DNA from: an uncultured Clostridia bacterium
GTDB lineage: Bacteria > Bacillota > Clostridia > Christensenellales > UBA1750
Reading direction: 5' to 3'
DNA length: 64,000 nt
Assembly (NCBI GenBank): GCA_944383925.1
Contig: CALWRM010000061.1
Location: forward strand, 1,432 to 65,431
Part shown: piece by piece, positions 29,909-39,660 of the stretch
Layout of the letters: every line of letters starts with the position of its first letter
How positions within the stretch are numbered: position 1 is the first letter of the stretch
Position numbers and translations under genes: made by a program
Notes under the pieces: generated by a model
What the model was told of the DNA's origin: nothing
Seen by the model: only the letters and a program-made list of their open reading frames with translations
Database searches by the model: none

Positions 29909-32638
29909 CTAGTCCTTGCCGAAGATGCGCTTGAATTCCTCGCGGCTGATGAGCACCTGCCGGGGCTTGGAGCCCTCAAAGCCGGAGATGAGCTTGCGCT
30001 TTTCCATCTCGTCCAGCAGCCGGCCCGCCCGGGCATAGCCCACGCGGAAGCGCCTTTGCAGCATGGAGGCGGAAATTTGGCCCGAATCCACGGCCAGCTC
30101 CACGGCCTGGGCCAGCAGCTCGTCCTCCTCGCCGTCCTCCTGCTCCTCGCCGCCGCCCTCCTCGGCCCGCTCCATGGCCTCCAGGAATCCGGGATCGTAG
30201 TTGGTCTCGGCCCGCTGGCGCACATACTCCACCAGGGCGGTGACCTCCTTGTCGGAGATGAAGGCGCCCTGCACGCGCAGCTTCTTGTTGGCGCCGCTGG
30301 GGTCGAAGAGCATGTCGCCCCGGCCCAGCAGCTTTTCCGCGCCGGCCATGTCCAAGATGGTGCGGCTATCCACCTGCGAGGCCACAGCAAAGGCGATGCG
30401 GGAGGGGATGTTGGCCTTGATGACGCCGGTGATCACGTTGACGGAGGGGCGCTGGGTGGCGATGACCAGATGGATGCCCGCGGCCCTGGCCAGCTGGGCC
30501 AGGCGGCAGATGCGCTCCTCCACGTCGCCGGGCGCCACCATCATCAGGTCGGCCAGCTCGTCGATGATGACCACGATCTGGGGCAGGGGCTTTTCGCCCC
30601 TTTCCACCTGCTGGGCGTTGTAGCCCTTCAGGTCCCGGCTGCCGGACTTGGCAAAGGCGCGATAGCGCTCGTCCATCTCGTGCACGGCCCAGCCCAGGGC
30701 GCCGGCGGCCTTCTTGGGGTCGGTCACCACGGGGATGAGCAGGTGGGGAATGCCGTTGTACACCGAAAGCTCCACCACCTTGGGGTCCACCAGGATGAGC
30801 TTTACCTCCTCGGGGGTGGCCTTGTAGAGGATGGAGGCGATGAGGGAGTTGATGCAAACGCTCTTGCCCGAGCCCGTGGCGCCGGCAATCAGCAGGTGGG
30901 GCATGCGGGCCAGGTCCGCCACCATGGGCTCGCCGGCGATGTCCTTGCCAAGGGCCACGGCCAGCTTGGAGGGGTGCTCGCGGAACTGGGGGCTTTCCAG
31001 CACCTCGCGCAGGGCCACGGTGTCGATGGATTGGTTGGCAATCTCAATGCCCACGGCGGCCTTGCCGGGGATGGGCGCCTCGATGCGCACGCCCATGGCG
31101 GCCATGTTCAGGGCGATGTCGTCGGCCAGGCCGGTGATGCGGCTGACCTTCACGCCCCGGGCGGGCTGCAACTCGTAGCGGGTGATGGCCGGGCCGCGGC
31201 TGACGTGCAGCACGCGGGCCTCGATGCCAAAGGAGGCGAGGGTCTCCTCCAGGCGGCGCACGTTCTCCTGCTGCTCGCTGGCCTCCTTCTGGGCGTCGGT
31301 GGGGTTCTTCTTGGCGAAGGAGAGGATGCTCAGCGGCGGGAAGCGGTAGGGCTCCAGGGCCTTGGGGTCGATGGCCGCCTCGGACTCGTGGCCGTAGAGG
31401 TAGCTGACCTCCTGCTTGGGCACGGCGGTGATGGTGATGGGCTCCTGCAAGAACTCGTCGTCCTCGTCGTCGAAGTCCGCCACGGAGGGGTTTTTCCGCT
31501 CGTCCTGCGCGGGCTCCTCCTCCCGCACCCTGGCCGGCACCAGCTTGGGCTCGGCCTTGCGGGGCGGTTCCTCCCACGGGGGCGCGTCCGGCCCGTCCGC
31601 CGGCGGCAGGTCCTCCTGTCCACCGGCCGGCGCCTCCTCGGGGGCCGCGGGCCCGTCCTCCCGGCCCGCCTCTTGCTGCAAGTCCTCCACAGGCCGCGCC
31701 CGCCTGGACAGGGCAAGCTCCGGCGGGAACAGGGGCGGCCGGCCGTCGTCCGGGGGCGTCTCCTGCGCCTGCTCCTGTTCCTGTTCCAATTCCTCCTCCC
31801 AGCGGGGCTTGAGGGGGGTGAAGGCCGCCTCCGGGCCCAGCTCCTCCAGGCGCGGTTCCAGCAGCTCGTTGTGGAAGGAACGCTCCCGGGCCTCCCGGGT
31901 CCGCGCCTCTTCCTGCTGCAAGGCCTCCTCCAGCGCCAGGCGGCGCTGCTCCCGCTCCAGGGCGCGGGCCTCCCGCTCCTGGTCCCTGCGCAGGCGCGTC
32001 TCTTCCCTGTGGACGCGCACGCTCTCGGCGGCCCGCTTGGTGGTGCGGCCCACGCTCTGGCTCACCTGCTGACCCACCTTGGTCAGGGAAAGGTGGGTCA
32101 GCCCCGCCACGCAGCCGATCAGGCCCAGCACCGAGAGCACATAGCCCCCCGCGATGCCCAGCAGCCACTGGGCGGGATAGCACAGCAGCCCGCCCAGCAG
32201 GCCCATGCCGCGGCCGGTCTTCTTGCCATGGTCGTAGCAGGCCAGCAGGTACTTGCCAAAGCCCCCCTCCTCCGGGACGGAGGAAAGGATGGAGCTGTGC
32301 CAAAATAGATGCAGGAACAGGTTCAAAAACAAAAACAGGCCCAAGGTCAGCGCCAGCTTTCCGGCGTTGATCTTCCTATCCCAGGCGATCAGGGTCAGCC
32401 AGCCGCTGACCAACAGAAACAGGGGCATGGCCCAGGCGGCCAGCCCGAACAAGCCCTGGAGGAAGGCCTTGACCGCCGCCCCCACCACGCCCGTGAGGCC
32501 GGTGAAGATGGACAGGCCCGCAAACAGGCCAAGGCCGATCAGCGCCAGCCCCGCGATGTCGCAGGGAAGCTTGCGGGCGCGGTTGGCCCCGCCCTTCTTT
32601 TTTGCGGCCGAACGCGCCGCCTTTGCCCTTGTCGCCAC
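29909..32638 (-). CDS. ftsK: DNA translocase FtsK/SpoIIIE
   Basis: 909 aa. N-terminal TM spans, charged Pro/Glu-rich linker, motor domain [12 protein letters not shown]...[12 protein letters not shown]-terminal gamma winged helix. Confidence 0.93.
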   Translation of the reverse strand: MATRAKAARSAAKKKGGANRARKLPCDIAGLALIGLGLFAGLSIFTGLTGVVGAAVKAFLQGLFGLAAWAMPLFLLVSGWLTLIAWDRKINAGKLALTLGLFLFLNLFLHLFWHSSILSSVPEEGGFGKYLLACYDHGKKTGRGMGLLGGLLCYPAQWLLGIAGGYVLSVLGLIGCVAGLTHLSLTKVGQQVSQSVGRTTKRAAESVRVHREETRLRRDQEREARALEREQRRLALEEALQQEEARTREARERSFHNELLEPRLEELGPEAAFTPLKPRWEEELEQEQEQAQETPPDDGRPPLFPPELALSRRARPVEDLQQEAGREDGPAAPEEAPAGGQEDLPPADGPDAPPWEEPPRKAEPKLVPARVREEEPAQDERKNPSVADFDDEDDEFLQEPITITAVPKQEVSYLYGHESEAAIDPKALEPYRFPPLSILSFAKKNPTDAQKEASEQQENVRRLEETLASFGIEARVLHVSRGPAITRYELQPARGVKVSRITGLADDIALNMAAMGVRIEAPIPGKAAVGIEIANQSIDTVALREVLESPQFREHPSKLAVALGKDIAGEPMVADLARMPHLLIAGATGSGKSVCINSLIASILYKATPEEVKLILVDPKVVELSVYNGIPHLLIPVVTDPKKAAGALGWAVHEMDERYRAFAKSGSRDLKGYNAQQVERGEKPLPQIVVIIDELADLMMVAPGDVEERICRLAQLARAAGIHLVIATQRPSVNVITGVIKANIPSRIAFAVASQVDSRTILDMAGAEKLLGRGDMLFDPSGANKKLRVQGAFISDKEVTALVEYVRQRAETNYDPGFLEAMERAEEGGGEEQEDGEEDELLAQAVELAVDSGQISASMLQRRFRVGYARAGRLLDEMEKRKLISGFEGSKPRQVLISREEFKRIFGKD

Positions 32639-32651
32639 TTTTGGTCGCTCC

Positions 32652-33200
32652 TTACCGTTCTTCTTGCCCGCGTTCCTCCCCTTCCAGGGAGCTGAAGTTT
32701 TCCACCTCCGGCAGCTGTTCCAGGCTGGACAGCCCGAAGTGGCGCAAAAACTCCTCCGTGGTGCCGTAGAGGATGGGCCTGCCGATGGTGTCCCGCCGGC
32801 CCACCTCCTGGATCAGCCCATAGGCCACCAGCGTGGCCACGGCCCTGTCGCACTGCACGCCGCGCAGGGTTTCAATCTCCATGCGGGTGACGGGTTGGCG
32901 GTAGGCCACCACGCACAGGGTTTCCAGCGCCGCCTGGGTCAACGTCTGCTTGCGCACCGGGGCCAGGGCCCGCTCCACCGCCTGGCTGAAGGCCGGCTTG
33001 GTGCAAAGCTGCAGGCGGTTTTCCAGGCGCAACAGCTTCAGCCCGCTGTCCGGGCGGGCGTATTTTTCCGCCAGCGCCCCCTCCAGGGCGGCCGTTTCCA
33101 GAGCGGAGAGCTCCAGCGCCGCGCCGAGCTCCTCCAGGGAGATGGCGTCGCCGCTGGCAAAGAGGATGGCCTCGGCGGCGGCCAACAGCTCAGGCTGCAT
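32652..33200 (-). CDS. scpB: segregation and condensation protein B
   Basis: 182 aa. [40 protein letters not shown]. Confidence 0.9.
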   Translation of the reverse strand: MQPELLAAAEAILFASGDAISLEELGAALELSALETAALEGALAEKYARPDSGLKLLRLENRLQLCTKPAFSQAVERALAPVRKQTLTQAALETLCVVAYRQPVTRMEIETLRGVQCDRAVATLVAYGLIQEVGRRDTIGRPILYGTTEEFLRHFGLSSLEQLPEVENFSSLEGEERGQEER

Positions 33201-33918
33201 CGTTCACGTCCCCCCTGTACAGAAGGATGGGGCCGCAAAGCTCCCGTTGCACCAGGCGGATGCGGCCGTTCTTGAGCAGCTCCAGCATGGCGATGAAGGT
33301 GGAGACCAGGCGCTCCCGGTCCGGGGCCTCCTCAAAGAGGGCCTCGAAGCGCACCTCCTCCAGGGCCATGACCATCTGCAGGATGTCCATGGCGCACCGG
33401 GCCACGGACCACTGCTCCCGGCGGATGCGCCGGACCGGCTCGGCGGGCAGCTGCACGCTCCTGGGCCTTTGCAGCAGGCGCAAAAAGGCCTCCTGCAGCG
33501 CGTCCAGGGACAGCTGGTTCAGCTCGAGGCGCTGGCGCTGCACCATCTCCTGGGGCAGGCGGAAGAGCATGTCCAGCGCCTCCTTCTCCAGGGGGCGCAG
33601 CCTCTCCCCGGCCTCCTTGAGGCGCTTGTATTCCTCCAGGCGGCGCAGCAGCGTCTCCTGGGGATCCTCCTCGCCCTCCTCCAGCTTGGGGGGCTTGGGC
33701 AGCAGGGCCCTGGACTTGATCTCCAGCAGCGTGGCGGCCATCTGCAAAAACTCGCTGGTGGCGTCCATGTCCAGCTGGCTTAAGTCCTGGATGGATTCCA
33801 TGTATTGCTCGGTGATCTGGGAGATGAAGATATCCCGGATGTCGATCTTTGCCCTGGAAATCAGGTGCAGCAAAAGGTCCAGCGGGCCTTGAAATTGGCG
33901 AAGCTCCACCCGCACCAT
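33190..33918 (-). CDS. scpA: segregation and condensation protein A
   Basis: 242 aa. FQGPLDLLLHLISRAKIDIRDIFISQITEQY. Overlaps scpB by 11 nt. Confidence 0.9.
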   Translation of the reverse strand: MVRVELRQFQGPLDLLLHLISRAKIDIRDIFISQITEQYMESIQDLSQLDMDATSEFLQMAATLLEIKSRALLPKPPKLEEGEEDPQETLLRRLEEYKRLKEAGERLRPLEKEALDMLFRLPQEMVQRQRLELNQLSLDALQEAFLRLLQRPRSVQLPAEPVRRIRREQWSVARCAMDILQMVMALEEVRFEALFEEAPDRERLVSTFIAMLELLKNGRIRLVQRELCGPILLYRGDVNDAA

Positions 33919-33970
33919 GTCCGCGTCCTCTCTCCCTTCCCCCCGGCCGTTGTCCCGGGTGTATCATCTT

Positions 33971-33999
33971 ATTATACAAAACGCACCGCCAAATGTCAA
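33971..33999 (-). promoter_or_regulatory. consensus sigma-A-type promoter for scpAB
   Basis: Minus strand TTGACA (33999-33994), a 17-nt spacer, then TATAAT (33976-33971), about 50 nt upstream of the scpA ATG. Confidence 0.65.
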
Positions 34000-34079
34000 A
34001 GCGCCTTTGCCCGGCGCCCCCAAAGACAAGAGGGCGGGCCCGCCCCCTTTCGGGAGCGGGCCCGCCGCCCAGGTCCTTG

Positions 34080-36095
34080 TCATACGCGCTTTGGATAGAA
34101 GAAGGCCACCAAAATGCCGGCCAGCAGCACCGCCGCGCAGATGCCCGTCAGCGCCCAGCCTTCCCCGCTCCCGGCGCTGGAGGCGGCGTTCCCGCCCGAG
34201 GAGACGTCGAAGCCCCCCTCAAACGAGCCGCGGCCGCCGCCGCCCTCGGGCGGTTCCATGGCCTGGCCGCCGTCCCCGGGCGCTTGCCCGGACGACGTCT
34301 CCTCGCCGCTCAGGGTTTGCCAGCGGCCGCCCCCGCCGGGCCCGCCGCCCGGCTGCCCAAAGCCCGTGGCCAGGGTCTCCCCGGCTTGGGATTCGCTTCC
34401 CTCGCCCTGGTCCTCCCCGGCCTGGTCTTCCCAGTCCTGGTCCTTCCGGCCGCCCTGGCCGCGGTCCATTCCGCCGCCCATGCCGCCCATGTCGGAAATG
34501 TTCAGGTCGGAGGCGTCCACCAGCTGGCTATCCGCCTGTTGCTGGCCCTCGGAGCTGGAGGGGACGGTCCCCTCCAGCTGGCCCCGAACGCTCTGGGCGC
34601 GCAGCTGGCAAAACTCCACCAGGGTGTCAAAGCCCGTCTCAAACTCCTCGTAGCTGCAGAACTTGGTGGGGTCCTTTTCCACATACGGGGCGATGAGCTC
34701 GTAGGTCTGCTGCATCATCTCCTCGAAATAGCCGCTCTCAAAGTAGCTTTCAAGGAAGTCGGAGAAGTACTGGTGGTAGAGCTGGGTGTACTCCTCGTCC
34801 GAGAAGATCCAGGCCAGCATGGGTCTGGAATCCACCGAGCCGCCGGAAACGGGGGTGTCGATGGGGTAATTGACCAGCGAGGTGGCGTCCTGGGCGCCCA
34901 TGAAGCCGCCAAAGGCCAGGTTATAGTCCCAGGGGATCATGGAGAGGGCGCCGTCCTCCTCGTAGAGGTAGTAGTTGTGGATCATGGAGCCGGTGTAGCT
35001 GTCGAAGTTGCACACGAAGTTGTGCACCACGAAGTAACGGATCACCTCGTCCATGTCCAGCACCTGCTCCAGGTTTTGCTGCTCGTTCAGCTGGCGCAGG
35101 GAGTCGATGAGCCTTTCCTTGTCGGCGTCGGTGATGTCGGTCTTGGCGTTGTCAAAGATGTTGGCGTAGCTGTCGTAGTCCTCGTCGCTGTAAATCAGGG
35201 ACACGTCCGTTGAACCCATGCCGCCAAAGCCGCCCCAGCCGCCGCCAAAGTTGGCAAAGTCCTCCATCGCTTCCAAACCCTCGAAACCTTCGAAACCTTC
35301 AAAACCCTCGAAGCCGCCTTCGCCGGGCGGCGTTCCGCCGTCTGGCAAATCCGTTGGAGTTATAGGGCCTTCGTCTTGGCCCTGGTCCTGCCCGTCCTGC
35401 TCCTCCTGGCCGTCCTGGGCGTCCTGCCGCCACTGGTCCATGTCGAAGTCGCGGCCGTTGCCCCGGCCGCCGCCCATGCTGATGCTGTCCGGCTTATAGA
35501 GCTGGCCGTAATCGTTCCCGTAGTTGCGCTGGAGGAAGGCCTCCTCCACGCCCTCCACCGCCAGATACAGCCCAAAATCCTGGCCGTTGACCGTGACATA
35601 CACGAAGCTGCACAGAGGGGCGTCCACGCCAAAGGCGTTCATCATTTGGTAGCTAAGGTAGTCCTTCATGTAGGTATTGTCCTGGATGAGGTTGTTGAGG
35701 CAGAGCTTATCCAAGCCGTGGTAGCTGATGGCGCTATCGTAATGGTCAAACTCGATCTTAAAGCTGTAGCGGTCGTTCCCGTAGCTGGCCACCTGGGTCA
35801 GGGAGGTGTTGCCCTTGGCCCGGATGGCCACGTTGCTATAGGTTTCCTGGTCGATGACCACGGTGCACAGGGCGTACTCCTCCGAGGTGCAGGTTTCCAG
35901 GAAGCCTTCCCAATCGTCCATCCGGATGTCGATGGTGTGCACGGTGCTGGTGTCAAACAGCCTGGACTCATAGCCCATGGTTCTGGAGGCGGCCTGAACG
36001 CCCAGGCTCTCGGCGTTCATGAACAGCACGGTGATGACCAGCGTGGCCGCCAGGACGAGGTAGCAAATTCGATCGATGGCCTTGTGCGTGGACAT
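34080..36095 (-). CDS. CotH kinase family protein with N- and C-terminal membrane anchors (module 2)
   Basis: Start set at MSTHKAIDRICYLVLAATLVITVLF (GGAGG 8 nt upstream). CotH core RYSFKIEFDHY...CLNNLIQDNTYMKDYLSY...VTVNGQDFGLYLAVE. Internal acidic insert containing GFEGFEGFEGFEG. Gly/Glu/Gln-rich tail, then the TM span LTGICAAVLLAGILVAFFY. Confidence 0.85.
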   Translation of the reverse strand: MSTHKAIDRICYLVLAATLVITVLFMNAESLGVQAASRTMGYESRLFDTSTVHTIDIRMDDWEGFLETCTSEEYALCTVVIDQETYSNVAIRAKGNTSLTQVASYGNDRYSFKIEFDHYDSAISYHGLDKLCLNNLIQDNTYMKDYLSYQMMNAFGVDAPLCSFVYVTVNGQDFGLYLAVEGVEEAFLQRNYGNDYGQLYKPDSISMGGGRGNGRDFDMDQWRQDAQDGQEEQDGQDQGQDEGPITPTDLPDGGTPPGEGGFEGFEGFEGFEGLEAMEDFANFGGGWGGFGGMGSTDVSLIYSDEDYDSYANIFDNAKTDITDADKERLIDSLRQLNEQQNLEQVLDMDEVIRYFVVHNFVCNFDSYTGSMIHNYYLYEEDGALSMIPWDYNLAFGGFMGAQDATSLVNYPIDTPVSGGSVDSRPMLAWIFSDEEYTQLYHQYFSDFLESYFESGYFEEMMQQTYELIAPYVEKDPTKFCSYEEFETGFDTLVEFCQLRAQSVRGQLEGTVPSSSEGQQQADSQLVDASDLNISDMGGMGGGMDRGQGGRKDQDWEDQAGEDQGEGSESQAGETLATGFGQPGGGPGGGGRWQTLSGEETSSGQAPGDGGQAMEPPEGGGGRGSFEGGFDVSSGGNAASSAGSGEGWALTGICAAVLLAGILVAFFYPKRV

Positions 36096-36111
36096 GGATG
36101 GCACCTCCGGC

Positions 36112-36783
36112 TCAGCCCGTATAGTCGCCGTTGTAGCTGACCAGCACGGCGCTGGAGACGCCGTTCATCTCCGAGAGGATGTTGACAAAGTCGGTGTTGT
36201 CGTCCCGCATGCGCACCTCCACGTTCAGCTCCACGGCGCCCTGCTGGGTGGTCATGCTCTTGACCACGCAGCGATCCACCTGCTTTTTCAAAAACTCGGT
36301 GGCGGCCAGCTCGCTGTCGTGGTTTTCGCAGCGCAGCACCACGATGTAGGGCTTGGTGTGGGCCTTGCGGTTGGCGAAGACCAGCAGCACGATGCCGATG
36401 GCCACGCTGCCGAACACCGCCAGGGGAAACAATCCGGCGGCCAGCACGATGCCCGCGGCGATGGCCCAAAAGAGGAAGGCGATGTCCATGGGTTCCTTGA
36501 TGGCCGTGCGAAAGCGCACGATGGAAAGGGCGCCCACCATGCCCAGGGACAGCACCACGTTGGAGGTGACCGCCAGGATGACGAAGGTGGAGATCATGGT
36601 CAGGGCCACCAGCGTGACCCCAAAGCCGGCCGAATACATCACGCCGGAAAAGGTCTTCTTATAGATGAGGAAGATGAACAGCCCGATGCCAAAGGCCAGA
36701 ACCAGCGCCAGGGCCATATCCAGGAAGGACACGCTCGCGATGTTTTCTAAAAAGCTGGACTTGAAGATGTCGTTGAAGGTCAT
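36112..36783 (-). CDS. DUF4956 family membrane protein (module 2)
   Basis: C-terminal 223 codons of ORF 36112..37245, starting MTFNDIFKSSFLENI. GMVGALSIVRFRTAIKEPMDIAFLFWAIAAG. Paralog of 16670-17368. Confidence 0.85.
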   Translation of the reverse strand: MTFNDIFKSSFLENIASVSFLDMALALVLAFGIGLFIFLIYKKTFSGVMYSAGFGVTLVALTMISTFVILAVTSNVVLSLGMVGALSIVRFRTAIKEPMDIAFLFWAIAAGIVLAAGLFPLAVFGSVAIGIVLLVFANRKAHTKPYIVVLRCENHDSELAATEFLKKQVDRCVVKSMTTQQGAVELNVEVRMRDDNTDFVNILSEMNGVSSAVLVSYNGDYTG

Positions 36784-36839
36784 GGTCTTGAAAGCTCCTT
36801 TTCTTCGTTTTTCGTGGGGGTTTGCCCGTCTTCCTCTGC

Positions 36840-37511
36840 CTAGTCGTAGACGCGGCAGGCGGCGTATTTGGAGAAGGCGGCGGTGTGGCTTTGGGGGATC
36901 TGCACGATGTCCCGCACGATGGAGGGCAAAAAGCTGTCCCATTTGACCTCCAGCACGATGGGTGCGTCCCGCGCGGGGATGGTGACGCAGCGCGGGTTGA
37001 GAAAGTCGGTGCAGCCTAGGCCCGTGCGGATGTTGTAATCCAGCGTGACCCGCACGTTGCCGGGGCCAAAGACGAAGGGCTCGCGGGTGTAGTCCACGAT
37101 GGTGCGGGGCCGCAGCCCTTGGGAGAGCATCTTTCGCCGCAGCTCCTGCACCAGGGGATCCTGCGCGCCCTCCAGGGCCTGGGGGTCGCCCAGCGCCAGC
37201 GCCCGGGCTCGCCTCTCCTCCAGCCTCGCCTGCTCCTTGGCGCAAAGGCCGTTGATCTTGCGCTTCTTCTCCAGCAGCAGCAGGGACGTGTCGCCGTTGT
37301 AGTAGCGGATGCGGAACTTTTCCCGGTTGTTCACCCCGTCGATCTTCTCGCGCAGGGCCTTATCCTGCAGGTTGTCGAAGTAGAGGCTGCGGATCTCATA
37401 CCGGCCGTCGATGGCGTGGCTGTCCCGGCGCATCACCGCCGCCAGCCGGGGCCGCAGGGCCAGCAGATCGCCGTAGGCGATTTCGTGCTTCCATTCATAT
37501 CGAAAATCCAT
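36840..37511 (-). CDS. VTC-domain (polyphosphate-polymerase-like) protein (module 2)
   Basis: Trimmed to MDFRYEWKHEIAYGD. YEIRSLYFDN, EKFRIRYYN, LEKKRKINGL, VLEVKWD, FSKYAACR. AGGAGGAG upstream. Confidence 0.85.
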   Translation of the reverse strand: MDFRYEWKHEIAYGDLLALRPRLAAVMRRDSHAIDGRYEIRSLYFDNLQDKALREKIDGVNNREKFRIRYYNGDTSLLLLEKKRKINGLCAKEQARLEERRARALALGDPQALEGAQDPLVQELRRKMLSQGLRPRTIVDYTREPFVFGPGNVRVTLDYNIRTGLGCTDFLNPRCVTIPARDAPIVLEVKWDSFLPSIVRDIVQIPQSHTAAFSKYAACRVYD

Positions 37512-37563
37512 GCCCGTTTTTCTGCTCCTCCTTTCCAGGCGTCTGGTCGCGTTCACGGGCTTT

Positions 37564-37597
37564 AGCATAGCCCACCAACCTTAGAACAAACTTAGAA
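37564..37597 (-). promoter_or_regulatory. candidate response-regulator-dependent promoter (pho-box-like direct repeat plus -10)
   Basis: Minus strand TTCTAAG-TTTG-TTCTAAG (37597-37591 and 37586-37580, 11-bp period), then 10 nt, then TATGCT (37569-37564). No recognisable -35. The -10 lies about 50 nt upstream of the VTC ATG. Confidence 0.45.
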
Positions 37598-37604
37598 AGA
37601 AGAA

Positions 37605-37633
37605 GGAGATCCACAACAAAATTGTGAATCTCC
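37605..37633 (-). terminator. hairpin terminator after the histidine kinase gene
   Basis: Minus strand GGAGATTCACAATTTTGTTGTGGATCTCC followed by TTCTTCTTTCT. Confidence 0.55.
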
Positions 37634-37661
37634 TATAAACAAATTATGAATGCCCCGCGCT

Positions 37662-38906
37662 TTACAGTCGAAGTTTGAAAATGATTCTGGAATTTTGTCC
37701 ATATTCCGCATCGAGCCTTCCGCCGTTGGCCTGCGCGAGGGCCCGGGCGATCGACAGCCCGATGCCGTACCCCCCGTCCTTCTGGTTTCTGGCGTCGTCC
37801 CCCCGGTAGAAGCGCTCGAACAGCTTCTCCGGCTCGGCGTCGGGCAGCTTCGCGCAGCTGTTTTCCAGCCGCAGCAGCGCGCCGCCCTCCCCTTTGGAAA
37901 GCTCCACCAGGATCTGGCCGCCCTGGTCGGCGTGCTTGACCGCGTTGTCCAGCAGGAGGGAGAGCAGCTGCTCCAGCTGGGCCCTGTCCGCGCGCACCCG
38001 CAGCCCCGGCTCCAGCTGGGCTTGCAGCCGCAAGCCCCTTTGCTCCATGGCCTCCGCATAGCCCTCCAGCGTCCGCTCCACCAGCTCGTCCAGGCGCAGC
38101 TCCGTGGGATGGGGCTGGGCCGCTCCCTCGTCCATGCGGGCCAGGGCCAGCAGGTTCTGCATCAGCCCGGCCAGGCGCACGGTCTGCTCGCGGATGTTGC
38201 GGCTCCACTTGTTTTCCCCGTTGTACAACTCCATGGCCTCCACGTTGGCCTGGATGATGGCCAGGGGGGTTTTGATCTCGTGGCCGGCGTTGGTCACGAA
38301 GCGGCGCTGCCGTTCCATGTTCTGGGCGATGGGGCGGATGGCCCGCTTGGACATTAGGCTCACCAGCAGCAGCATCAGCCCCCAACAGGCCAACCCCACG
38401 CCGCAGGAAAGCAGCAGCACCCGCACGAAGGAGCGCCGCTCCCAGGAGGTATCCAGGAACACCGCAAAGCTCCCCTCGCCCTGGGCGCTGGGCGCCAGGC
38501 GGAAGCGGAAGTCCCCGCGGCGGCCGGAGGAAAGGCCCTGGTCGTAGGCCTCCTGGGCCCATTGCAGGGCCTGCTCCCGGCTCACCTGGGAGGTGCGGCT
38601 GACGTCCGCCCGCACGGCCGCGCCCTCCTCGTCGAAGCGCACCACGAAGAAGTTGGAGGCCATGAAGGTGTCGTAGGCATTTGGGGGAGCGCTCCAGGCC
38701 GGCTCGTGCGGCGGCAGAAACGCCGGCGCGCCGGTCAGCTTGCCGGCGTCGCCCTCGCTGCGGGTGAGGATCTCCAATGTCTGCTCGATCTGCCCGCCCA
38801 CCAGGGCGATGTTGGCGGCGTTGATGGCGCCAAGCAGCAGCAGGATCAGCACGCTCACGGCCAGCATGGAGATCCACAGGAACTTCCTCTGCAAGGTCCT
38901 AATCAT
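37662..38906 (-). CDS. sensor histidine kinase (two TM spans, about 130-aa extracytoplasmic loop, HisKA + HATPase_c)
   Basis: 414 aa. H-box FVTNAGHEIKTPLAII, N-box LLDNAVKH, G-boxes GGYGIGLSIA. Confidence 0.9.
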   Translation of the reverse strand: MIRTLQRKFLWISMLAVSVLILLLLGAINAANIALVGGQIEQTLEILTRSEGDAGKLTGAPAFLPPHEPAWSAPPNAYDTFMASNFFVVRFDEEGAAVRADVSRTSQVSREQALQWAQEAYDQGLSSGRRGDFRFRLAPSAQGEGSFAVFLDTSWERRSFVRVLLLSCGVGLACWGLMLLLVSLMSKRAIRPIAQNMERQRRFVTNAGHEIKTPLAIIQANVEAMELYNGENKWSRNIREQTVRLAGLMQNLLALARMDEGAAQPHPTELRLDELVERTLEGYAEAMEQRGLRLQAQLEPGLRVRADRAQLEQLLSLLLDNAVKHADQGGQILVELSKGEGGALLRLENSCAKLPDAEPEKLFERFYRGDDARNQKDGGYGIGLSIARALAQANGGRLDAEYGQNSRIIFKLRL

Positions 38907-39576
38907 CCGCCACCTCCAGGGTATAGCCCACGTTCCGCTTGGCCGCGATGCGCACCTTGCTCCGCAGGGCGGTCAACCGCTTGCGCAGATAGGAGATGTA
39001 GACCCACACCGTGCCAAGCTCCGCCTGGGTGTCGTAGCCCCACACCTTGCACAGCAGGTCCTCGGTGGACAGGTAGATGCCCCGGTTGAGCATCAGCAGC
39101 TCCATCAGCTGAAACTCCAGCTTGGGCAGCAGGAAGCTCCGGCCGTTGCCGGACAGCTCATAGCTGCTCCTGTTGAGGGAAAGGTCGCCGCAGCACAGCA
39201 CGTCGGGGGTAAAGGCCTCCCGGCGGCGCAGCAGGGCGCGCACCCTGGCCAGCAGCAGCTGCATGGAAAAGGGCTTGGGCAGGTAATCGTCCGCGCCCAG
39301 ATCCAGGCCCTGGATCTGGTCCTCCACCTCCGCCTTGGCCGTGAGCAGCAGCACGGGCGTGCGGCAGCCGGCCGCCCGCAGCCGGCGGAGCACCTCCAGC
39401 CCGCTCAGGCCCGGCATCATGATGTCCAGGATGATGCCGTCGTAGCGCTCCGCCTGGGCGAAGGCCAGGGCGTCGGTTCCGTTGTACACCGCGTCCACGA
39501 TGTATTTGTGGTAGCTCAGGATGTCCACCACCGCCTCGGACATGCTCCGCTCGTCCTCTGCGTAGAGCAGCTTCAT
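38899..39576 (-). CDS. OmpR/PhoB-family response regulator
   Basis: 225 aa. Receiver domain (DGIILDIMMPGLSG, LLLTAK) plus a winged-helix output domain (VWVYISYLRKRL...VGYTL). Overlaps the kinase gene by 8 nt. Confidence 0.92.
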   Translation of the reverse strand: MKLLYAEDERSMSEAVVDILSYHKYIVDAVYNGTDALAFAQAERYDGIILDIMMPGLSGLEVLRRLRAAGCRTPVLLLTAKAEVEDQIQGLDLGADDYLPKPFSMQLLLARVRALLRRREAFTPDVLCCGDLSLNRSSYELSGNGRSFLLPKLEFQLMELLMLNRGIYLSTEDLLCKVWGYDTQAELGTVWVYISYLRKRLTALRSKVRIAAKRNVGYTLEVADD

Positions 39577-39660
39577 CCCCTCGTCCCCCTTTCCGGAGCC
39601 GGCCGCGCGGGGCGTCCGGGCCTTTGGTCCATTGTACCGCAGATTTCCCCCGCCCGGGGC

